The notes under the pieces are model-generated. The model was not told the DNA's origin and did no database searches. It worked only from the letters and a program-made list of their open reading frames with translations. A stretch of DNA of 25,004 nucleotides from NCBI GenBank assembly GCA_048938005.1, contig JBHLMQ010000027.1, positions 16,772 to 41,775 on the forward strand. Reading direction: 5' to 3'. A program made the position numbers and the translations under genes. The DNA comes from Promethearchaeota archaeon. Its GTDB lineage: Archaea; Asgardarchaeota; Lokiarchaeia; Sigyniarchaeales; SOKP01. Below are positions 18,210 to 25,004 of this stretch, in pieces (position 1 is the stretch's first letter; each line of letters begins with the position of its first letter).

Positions 18210-18470
18210 TCAATAGATTTTAAATTTATAAAACAAACATGATTCCTCTACTTCTACTATCTCTAAATCAATGTTTAATCCATCCATTATTGAGAGAAAT
18301 TGTTTTGGTTGTATTGTTGTTGCTTTAAATCCATCTTTACAGATTATTGTTCCATTTTTTGATTTTTAATAATCCATTTCACCCAATAGTCCTGCTTCTG
18401 ACTGCAATTAAAACCACTTCAGGCGATAGTCCCAGAATTTATCTAAATATGTTGAAAATAAGATTTTTCC
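18210..18470 (-). pseudogene. 3' remnant of a probable class I SAM-dependent methyltransferase
   Basis: GKILFSTYLDKFWDYRLKWF*LQSEAGLLGEMDY*KSKNGTIICKDGFKATTIQPKQFLSIMDGLNIDLEIVEVEESCLFYKFKIY*, one frame with stops at 18408-18410 and 18366-18368. The family was recalled from the FW..RL.WF.lQ...GLlGE.D...CKDGFkATT pattern. Confidence 0.6.
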
Positions 18471-18471
18471 T

Positions 18472-18573
18472 CTTAAAATATTTTTAACTATTTCCATAGT
18501 AATTTGTCCAATGTGTTTTTTTAATAACTCAATTTCTCTCTGATAACGTCTTATTGGAGATTCAATAGGATTT
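18472..18573 (-). pseudogene. Internal fragment of the C45 hydrolase gene (diverged copy of ~18863-18964)
   Basis: NPIESPIRRYQREIELLKKHIGQITMEIVKNIL vs NPIESPIRRYQREIELLKVQNGHITMETVKKIL in the intact gene. Confidence 0.9.
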
Positions 18574-18675
18574 GAAATAAAATTGCCATCAAATACGCAA
18601 TATGTTGTTCTACAAGATAAAAAAGAGAACATAAAAGCCAAACTCCGAATTCAGGCAACTAGAACAAGATATTAA
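18571..18675 (+). pseudogene. 3' fragment of the C2-like gene (diverged copy of 16287-16391)
   Basis: FEIKLPSNTQYVVLQDKKENIKAKLRIQATRTRY* vs FEIKLPSKTQYVILQDEKENTKAKLRIQATRTRY*: 4 amino-acid changes, the other differences synonymous. Confidence 0.92.
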
Positions 18676-18705
18676 AATTTTTATTTCCTTTTTTTTTATT
18701 TTTAT

Positions 18706-19854
18706 TTATAATTTAAATTTCTCATATTCAGAACTACATGGATGATTATCAGTAACCCAAAATTCCCTTTTAGTTGGTAGGACAATTATTGATCCTAAGG
18801 TTCCCGCTGCAGTTCCATGTGTACAGACTGTGAAATCATCTGGTTCTCTCTTATCATGATCACTCAAAATTTTTTTGACTGTTTCCATAGTAATATGTCC
18901 ATTTTGTACTTTCAATAACTCGATTTCTCTCTGATAACGTCTTATTGGAGATTCAATAGGATTTATATCCATATCATCCATTTTAAATCGTACATAATCA
19001 GGTAAATTAGCGTCTTTAAGTTTTTCAGTTTGATAATGATTGGTATGAGCTAAAATCCCTGCTTCAGGTCGTCGAATGGCATGACGAGTGCTTGTAGTTT
19101 CAATAACACATACATCTTCAGAAGTATCCATTAGTCCATAATGACATCCATTTGCTCGGCCAATGAAGTTAGTAATAGAATCAACAGCTTCTTGGGTTTT
19201 AGCACAAGTTTCTAAAACTTCTTGTACAATAAAGGTGCCAGGAACACCTTTCAATCTAAAGTCAAGTGGCTCTTTTTTCCATGAGCGTCCGTAATTATAA
19301 CCAATAACTAATCCTTTCTCATTCATTCCCATATGACAACCAGTAAGAGGAAATTGTGTGAAGTTTATATTTTTATATCCATCGTCAGGTTCTTCTTCGC
19401 GAACTACCTGAAATGGTTGGAGAACATTAGGAAAATCATAGTTTCGTCCAAATATTAATATATTATCAGCAGTAGATTCAGGCAACGCAAAAATCATTGA
19501 ACATGCTTGGATTGGAGGATTTTTATAAATAGATTTTGGATCTCCTGACATAACTTCTATAAAATGAGTTCCATAAATAATTCTTTCTTTTATGTCAGCT
19601 GCTTTACTTATCGCTATCATTTTCTCATATTGATTAGGAAGAAGTTGGTGTAGAGATTTTTTTATGTTCTTTTTACCCATATAACCTAAAGCAAGTTTTA
19701 TAATCGACAGAGGTATTAATTTAGATGTTACTTCTGAAAACATTTTTGAGTGAAAAACAATATCAAACATATTCTGAATTTTATCTTTCAATTGTTTCCC
19801 CTGTTGTGAACCTCTTTCAGCAGGACTTCCCTTTAGTTTAATAAAATCAACCAT
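18706..19854 (-). CDS. C45-family autoproteolytic acyltransferase/hydrolase (Ntn fold)
   Basis: LKGSPAERGSQQG pro-region, A|CS nucleophile site followed by FGRNYDF, GMNEKGL and HTNHY. Confidence 0.88.
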   Translation of the reverse strand: MVDFIKLKGSPAERGSQQGKQLKDKIQNMFDIVFHSKMFSEVTSKLIPLSIIKLALGYMGKKNIKKSLHQLLPNQYEKMIAISKAADIKERIIYGTHFIEVMSGDPKSIYKNPPIQACSMIFALPESTADNILIFGRNYDFPNVLQPFQVVREEEPDDGYKNINFTQFPLTGCHMGMNEKGLVIGYNYGRSWKKEPLDFRLKGVPGTFIVQEVLETCAKTQEAVDSITNFIGRANGCHYGLMDTSEDVCVIETTSTRHAIRRPEAGILAHTNHYQTEKLKDANLPDYVRFKMDDMDINPIESPIRRYQREIELLKVQNGHITMETVKKILSDHDKREPDDFTVCTHGTAAGTLGSIIVLPTKREFWVTDNHPCSSEYEKFKL

Positions 19855-19920
19855 GATAATTCTTTACTTACATCTTATAATTTTTTCTTAAATTAGGAAA
19901 AAAAGGGATTTATTTATTCA

Positions 19921-21324
19921 TTACAATTTCTTCGCTTGCCATCTATATATGGCAAATGCGAAAATTACAACAAGAACAGCAACAATTATCTGAATAAGTC
20001 CAACAATCGGGGAAAATTCTTGTCCAATTAAATCACCTAATGCCAAGGAAATAACCAAAATGGCGATTTCGAAAACCGCAAGATAATTTAGAATTGCCAG
20101 AAATTTGTTTTCGATAGCTGAGGATTTAGTATTAAGTGTGTTTCTTTGTCTGTTAAGTGTCTTTCTAATCCTCGTAATAACATCATCTGTAGCATTTGAG
20201 AATGTAAATCCGTCTAATTTCTCGATTTGTTCATTAAACATACTTGTTTTAAATGTGCTTGTAAATAATAATCGAGTAATTTTTGATATAATTACATCTT
20301 TATTTAATTCAAGTATGATTCTATTGAGTTCAGTCTCCAATTGTTCCAATCTATCAATCTTTTCATTCAAAGTTAACCTTTCTTCCATTGCTCTGGTTTC
20401 TGAAATAATTCTATCAAACTTTTCTGCTACAACCAAAATGTTTTCCATGTGCATAAGAATTAAAAATCTTTGAACATTACCGACTTCTGGACCGAACAAA
20501 GTATCTATAAGAAAATTTTTCATCGTATAAGGATCTAAAAGACCTGGTCCGGGAATTACTACATTACCTGCATGTGTGATCATAACAAATTCATCTTTAT
20601 ATGGAGCAAGATTTTTAAGTTTAATTTGATCTCTATATGCTATAGGATCTAATTCTCTATATTTATCAGTGCGTAGTGTGAGTCCAATTGAGTAGTTAGC
20701 ATTTTTTCCAATTTCTTCTCCAATGAAACGGTAATCTGCCCTATTGAATTCTGGTTTAGCATCCCAAATTATCCATGTATGATGCCAAGGTTCTAAAACT
20801 GATTCCAATTTAGCTTTATCTGGATAATTTGCTTTCTTCAATAGAGAAATAACATTATCTCTTACTTCTATAAATTTTTCAGTTATAGGCTTACCAGTAC
20901 TCTGAAGAATCATATTAGTGGGTTGTGAAATCTCAATAAAATCTTCAATCTTATGGTAATTATCAAATATTAGTTCGCAATGAATAACTAATACAGAACC
21001 ATAGTGAATATGTCCTTCTAGCCTGATCTTTCCCACTATATGTTGAGCGGTGGCACAAGAAAATCTATCCGACTTCCCTATCTTGAAACATACTGGCGCA
21101 AAATTATCTGATTGGCTAGAAATCCATTTTAAAGGTTGAGATATTTTTGTACCATCAGCATTTTCAATTTTAAACCGATAATCTTTATACAATTTTAAAG
21201 ATCCTTCCTTTTCTAGATAATTCCGCATTTCTGGAAGCTCAAAATAAAGTCCTAATTCATAAAACTTCCAAAAGATAAGTGTTACTTTGAAGATATATTC
21301 TTCTTCTGATGGTGAATATGTCAT
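19921..21324 (-). CDS. Hypothetical protein with large soluble domain, coiled coil and two C-terminal TM helices (CorA-like topology)
   Basis: Heptad-like region EKIDRLEQLETELNRIILEL, TM segments FLAILNYLAVFEIAILVISLAL and IVGLIQIIVAVLVVIFAFAIY. No GMN motif. Confidence 0.7.
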   Translation of the reverse strand: MTYSPSEEEYIFKVTLIFWKFYELGLYFELPEMRNYLEKEGSLKLYKDYRFKIENADGTKISQPLKWISSQSDNFAPVCFKIGKSDRFSCATAQHIVGKIRLEGHIHYGSVLVIHCELIFDNYHKIEDFIEISQPTNMILQSTGKPITEKFIEVRDNVISLLKKANYPDKAKLESVLEPWHHTWIIWDAKPEFNRADYRFIGEEIGKNANYSIGLTLRTDKYRELDPIAYRDQIKLKNLAPYKDEFVMITHAGNVVIPGPGLLDPYTMKNFLIDTLFGPEVGNVQRFLILMHMENILVVAEKFDRIISETRAMEERLTLNEKIDRLEQLETELNRIILELNKDVIISKITRLLFTSTFKTSMFNEQIEKLDGFTFSNATDDVITRIRKTLNRQRNTLNTKSSAIENKFLAILNYLAVFEIAILVISLALGDLIGQEFSPIVGLIQIIVAVLVVIFAFAIYRWQAKKL

Positions 21325-21406
21325 AAATCTCTCGTAAAAAATTGTTAATATATACTATGTTTCTCAAAAATTTAAAATAATCTCATTTTATTAAAAACTT
21401 AAATCA

Positions 21407-21424
21407 TCACATTTTGTAATGTGA
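21407..21424. promoter_or_regulatory. Palindrome TCACATT-N4-AATGTGA (putative transcription-factor site)
   Basis: Perfect 7-bp arms 83-100 bp upstream of the 21324 start. Confidence 0.4.
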
Positions 21425-21491
21425 GTTAAAAACCAATATTAAGAATCAAGTAATTATATTAACTGGTTTAATAAATTAATTCTTTATCTAG

Positions 21492-21517
21492 CAAAAGAAG
21501 ATATCTATTTATCTTCT
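21492..21517 (-). terminator. Hairpin followed by a short U-tract
   Basis: AGAAGATA-N6-TATCTTCT (21496-21517) followed by a short T run on the minus strand, just after the stop at 21529. Confidence 0.4.
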
Positions 21518-21528
21518 CTCTTATGAAT

Positions 21529-22185
21529 TTATGTTAATTCTGTTATTTTATCTGCAATATTTTTTAGACGCAAATTTCCAATCCCAAAATTTACGGTTCT
21601 TGAAAATATCAGAACTATAATGAATTCTATTCTATTAATTTTAATATATTCTGCACAAACTTTCTGATGATTCCTTAATTCAAGGAACATTTTTGAAATG
21701 CTATGCATCTTTTTTTCATCCCTTACTTCGAATTCTCTGATTGTATCTAGTAAGGTGTCTTGGGAAATAGAGGTATATAAAACAGTACCTTTAACTGTAA
21801 ATATTGCACTACCCAATATTTCTTTATCATCGACAGCATTTCTTAAAAGATTAATTATGTCTTGAAAGAGTGGTAAAGAAGCTAAATTTCTAGTGTCTTC
21901 AGCATCGCCTACTCTTCTACTCTTATAATACTCTACTTTCGGAAATTCAAAGTCTACTACTTGATATCCTCTTACCGAAGCTTGCTGATCAACGAATGCT
22001 TGAAAGTGATGTTCGCAGATCATTCCTGTAGGAATGCTAATCGTTATTACGTTTTGACTCTGATCAATTATTTTTGAAGGAACTTTTAAATTCTTTTGTG
22101 TTTGACATTCAGGACATCTTAAAAGAATATTTTTGAATAATCTAGCTTGACTTATTTCCTCTTCATTTATTTTTGTGTCGCTCAA
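21529..22185 (-). CDS. Zn-ribbon + roadblock/longin-like fold protein
   Basis: N-terminal CPEC...CEHHFQAFVD. C-terminal ILGSAIFTVKGTVLYTS...NFGIGNLRLKNIADKI resembles the roadblock beta-hairpin and terminal helix. TTG start. Confidence 0.65.
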   Translation of the reverse strand: MSDTKINEEEISQARLFKNILLRCPECQTQKNLKVPSKIIDQSQNVITISIPTGMICEHHFQAFVDQQASVRGYQVVDFEFPKVEYYKSRRVGDAEDTRNLASLPLFQDIINLLRNAVDDKEILGSAIFTVKGTVLYTSISQDTLLDTIREFEVRDEKKMHSISKMFLELRNHQKVCAEYIKINRIEFIIVLIFSRTVNFGIGNLRLKNIADKITELT

Positions 22186-22372
22186 CTTACTGACATTATA
22201 AATATGTTTTATTTAAAAAAACAATATTATCTCATCAATTTATAATTTTGTTCACTTAAAAGAAAATATAAAAATGATACTTTTTATTAAGTCTATTTTA
22301 TTAAAATCTAATATCAATACTTAATAATAAGGAAAAATAAAACTAATTTTATTTATTGAGCAACAGAGATAG

Positions 22373-22993
22373 ATGAGCAAGAAATTAAATATTAATGTCA
22401 TAATTGCTAGTTTGGAAGATGCAGCAGGAATTCATAAAGTATTAAAGCAAAATTTAGTAGAAATAAGTGATATTGATCAAATTACAAAAAAAGAAAGAAA
22501 AATTTTTGAAGATCAAGGTTTTCTGCGCAAAGAAGTAGAAATAGAATACTATGAAAACTTAATTAAAGATATTGATACTAAAATTTATGTTGCTAAAGAA
22601 AATAGTGGAAATATTATTGGTTTTGCTACTATTCATAAAAAAAAATTTAATATAATAAAAGTTCGGGATGTTATTGGCAATCTTTCATTTGAAAATGATA
22701 GAACAAAAAAATTACTCCTTAATAAAAATACAGAATTCGCATACTTAGACCAAATAAGTATATTGCCTGAATTTAAACGTAAAGGAGTAGGTACAGCAAT
22801 ATTTAAAAAAGCTTTAAAAGAAATAGATACACCTATTGTTGCTTTTATTGTAGAAAAACCACTATTTAATAAAGCATCAATTTATTGGCATGAGTACAAT
22901 GGATTTGTATTCTCTGCTATAAGTGATGGCGAATACAAAGGAAAACTGTTTAAATTCCAGATCTTTATACATTGGAATAAAAAAGAATCATAA
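22373..22993 (+). CDS. GNAT-family N-acetyltransferase
   Basis: YLDQISILPEFKRKGVGTAIF (acetyl-CoA motif A) and NKASIYWHEYNGF (motif B). Confidence 0.88.
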   Translation: MSKKLNINVIIASLEDAAGIHKVLKQNLVEISDIDQITKKERKIFEDQGFLRKEVEIEYYENLIKDIDTKIYVAKENSGNIIGFATIHKKKFNIIKVRDVIGNLSFENDRTKKLLLNKNTEFAYLDQISILPEFKRKGVGTAIFKKALKEIDTPIVAFIVEKPLFNKASIYWHEYNGFVFSAISDGEYKGKLFKFQIFIHWNKKES

Positions 22994-22999
22994 TTCAAA

Positions 23000-23971
23000 A
23001 TGTTAGAGCTTTTTTTATGGATTTTGCTATTCCTTATTGGATATTTACTAATTTTTTTCGCTGCAGATGTCTTTTTAGATAATCTAAAAGATATATGTAT
23101 AATATACGGTTTATCTCCTTTCATTATTGGAGCATTAATCATAGGTATTGATCCAGAAGAATCAATTGCTTCGATTATTGCTGCAATAAGTGGATTACCT
23201 TATATCGCAGTTGGAAATGTCATAGGCAATTCAATCATAGCGTTGACAATAAGTTTCGCAATACCTGCTTTTTTCTATAAAATCAGTTTTAACTCCACAC
23301 CACAATTTTACTTTATATTATTATACAGTTGTATGAGTTTAATTCTTATTGGAATGTTAGTTAATTTTGGATTATTTATAGCTGGAATTATTGTTATTTT
23401 TGTATATTTTATTTATTTTTTTGTGAATATAAAAAATCTCTATAAAAAAAGTACTTTGGAAGGGATACCTAGGGAGAATTCAGGACAAAATGATATCCAG
23501 ATTCAGGAACTAAGAGAAAAATCAAAATTTAGAAAAATAATTTTTATAATTATTAGTTTTATTTTCATATTTTTAGGAGGGGAACTATTAATTTTCTCTA
23601 CAGAACAAATCATTATTCTAACAAATATCCCTGAAACATTCTTTGGGCTTGTAATTATTGCTTTTGTTACAAATGTTGAAGAATTAACTTTAGTTATAAA
23701 ATCCATAAAAAAAAAGAGTGTTGAAATAGGCTTAGGAGGGATGATTGGAAAAATATTCTGGAATCTAACACTTACATTCGGAATTAGTGCAATTATTATA
23801 GTGAATTTTACCCTTTCATTGATTATGTTTTGGAATTGGTTAATTCTATTAACTATAATTCTCTATTTTAATTGGATTTCAAAGAAAAAATCGATGAAAT
23901 GGAATGATGGAATAACTTTAACAGCAATACTTGCTATCTTTTTAATAGTAAACTTTACTATAGGTTTATAA
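23000..23971 (+). CDS. Divergent CaCA (Na+/Ca2+ exchanger-like) membrane protein
   Basis: About 10 TM segments, GLSPFIIG, AVGNVIGNS, and variant alpha-repeats GIDPEE and VTNVEE. Starts 6 bp after the GNAT stop, so probably an operon. Confidence 0.82.
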   Translation: MLELFLWILLFLIGYLLIFFAADVFLDNLKDICIIYGLSPFIIGALIIGIDPEESIASIIAAISGLPYIAVGNVIGNSIIALTISFAIPAFFYKISFNSTPQFYFILLYSCMSLILIGMLVNFGLFIAGIIVIFVYFIYFFVNIKNLYKKSTLEGIPRENSGQNDIQIQELREKSKFRKIIFIIISFIFIFLGGELLIFSTEQIIILTNIPETFFGLVIIAFVTNVEELTLVIKSIKKKSVEIGLGGMIGKIFWNLTLTFGISAIIIVNFTLSLIMFWNWLILLTIILYFNWISKKKSMKWNDGITLTAILAIFLIVNFTIGL

Positions 23972-24063
23972 TAACTTAAGTTGTAACTATAAAGGATTTC
24001 TAAACCTTTCAAAAAAATTTATAAAAAGAAGAATTTGTTAAATATTGGCTTAAAATAATCATA

Positions 24064-24774
24064 TTAATAATTATTGTCTTCTTCAGCTTCGGGTACTTCT
24101 TTAAGGGCTTCAATAATATTAATAATATCTTCAGCGAGTTCATAGCGTTCAGCTCGATATTTCTCTCGATTTAGTCTTTTCTCAACCTTCAAGGGTGTGC
24201 CAATCTTTACTTTTATACCGTCTCCAGTAAACATATTTAATATCTTTGTTTTTTCCGTATATATCGCAATCGGAATAATAGGCGCTTCTCCAACAACAGC
24301 AAACTTAATAATTGCTGCCATCGATTTTATTTGAACCTCTCTCTCATGCTTAGACTCAGGAGTCATCCCTACTAGATCTCCTTTCTCATTTAATATTTCA
24401 AAAACTTTATCGATAGGCTCCGTATCTTCTTTACTTTCTGTTCCGCGTATCATTCCAAGACTTTTCAACACTGGACCAGCTATCTGATGCTTCATTAATT
24501 TAGGATCAAGCATAAAATGTATTTTACGCCCTGTGACTTGACTTATTATTAACATATCACGGATAATATTCGGTGTGACTGTAGTTAAAATCGCTTTTCC
24601 TCTCAAAGGAATATTTTCTTGCCCTTCGATTTTTAAATCCATAAAAGCTTTGAAAAATAAGCCACTTAATCCTTTTACAGCACCATAAAGGAAATCAGTA
24701 GCTATTGCCATTGGATTTAACTTATCTCCTTCTTCTTTTATTTCTGGAGTTGAATCTTCATTTATTTCACTCAT
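24064..24774 (-). CDS. PlsC/LPLAT-fold acyltransferase-like protein with degenerate catalytic motif
   Basis: IEGQENIP..G.AIL, RKIHFM, GMTPE, APIIPIAI and VKIGTP are present. NHxSxxD is replaced by TVTPNIIRD. Upstream AGAGGT RBS. Confidence 0.78.
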   Translation of the reverse strand: MSEINEDSTPEIKEEGDKLNPMAIATDFLYGAVKGLSGLFFKAFMDLKIEGQENIPLRGKAILTTVTPNIIRDMLIISQVTGRKIHFMLDPKLMKHQIAGPVLKSLGMIRGTESKEDTEPIDKVFEILNEKGDLVGMTPESKHEREVQIKSMAAIIKFAVVGEAPIIPIAIYTEKTKILNMFTGDGIKVKIGTPLKVEKRLNREKYRAERYELAEDIINIIEALKEVPEAEEDNNY

Positions 24775-24791
24775 TTTTTAATTACCTCTTA

Positions 24792-24986
24792 TTATAATTT
24801 ATCTATAAAATCATTAACTTCTTCCATTCTTTTTTCATAATATTCTTTTAAATCTTTTTCTGAAACAAATGTGGGAATAACCTTTTCTGTATAAAGATCA
24901 AAAATGGTACTTAACTTAGTCTTGTGCCTAAGGGTTTCAAGGAACTCCTCACCCAATTCTTTTAACTGTTTTAAAAATTCTGTCAT
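24792..24986 (-). CDS. Small hypothetical helical protein (64 aa)
   Basis: ATG preceded by GGGAGG (24999-25004, minus strand). Co-oriented, 17 bp upstream of the PlsC-like gene. Confidence 0.65.
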   Translation of the reverse strand: MTEFLKQLKELGEEFLETLRHKTKLSTIFDLYTEKVIPTFVSEKDLKEYYEKRMEEVNDFIDKL

Positions 24987-25004
24987 ATCCTTAAAAAACC
25001 TCCC

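Noticed and set aside
18408-18641. 77-aa ORF in the track
   Set aside because: It is a chimera of antisense C2-tail sequence, the C45 fragment and the methyltransferase remnant, not an independent gene.
16287-18675. Diversity-generating retroelement TR/VR pair
   Set aside because: Differences are mostly synonymous third-position changes involving all bases rather than adenine-specific, and no reverse transcriptase is in the window.
16435-18764. IS, prophage or CRISPR explanation for the 51-bp repeats
   Set aside because: Only two copies 2.3 kb apart. No transposase, integrase, terminal inverted repeats, spacers or cas genes.
2405-23706. Short overlapping ORFs (2405, 2920, 3662, 4123, 5037, 5126, 8536, 8737, 9633, 10222, 11223, 11597, 13502, 14295, 15053, 15311, 16934, 17079, 20105, 22882, 23503)
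   Set aside because: Antisense or alternate-frame shadows of well-supported genes, with no recognisable motifs.
1-25004. Selenoprotein with a Loki-type SECIS
   Set aside because: No gene shows an in-frame TGA at a Cys-equivalent position, and no hairpin convincingly fits the AUGA..AA..GA pattern in a 3' UTR.

Overview
AT-rich, gene-dense chromosomal window that most likely comes from an Asgard archaeon (Lokiarchaeia/Promethearchaeota). This is inferred from roadblock-fold proteins, a Rab-like pseudo-GTPase, stand-alone 7TM proteins, a Loki-CTERM-like surface protein and GGTGA/GGAGG ribosome-binding sites. The left part (0.9-9.9 kb) is catabolic/housekeeping: acyl-CoA ligase, FGGY kinase, class III aminotransferase, M29 aminopeptidase, DUF2804 protein, Eda-type KDPG aldolase and Sir2. 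The middle and right hold transporters (two CaCA, one EamA), Zn-ribbon proteins, two 7TM proteins, a degenerate small GTPase, a C2-like protein, a C45 Ntn-hydrolase, a GNAT and a degenerate PlsC-like protein. The most striking structure is at 16287-18963. A ~2 kb foreign segment (truncated roadblock pseudogene, intact beta-propeller surface gene, truncated methyltransferase pseudogene) is nested in a duplicated C2/C45 gene junction. The duplication has a perfect 51-bp core, synonymously diverged flanks and a 4-bp microhomology join, and no recombinase is visible. A second orphan gene (226-651) is flanked by a diverged direct repeat in a similar way. Features missed by the ORF track: a 51-aa ribbon-helix-helix gene with phased TGGAT repeats upstream, and a probable ATT start for the C2-like gene. 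No rRNA, tRNA, CRISPR array or transposase was recognised.
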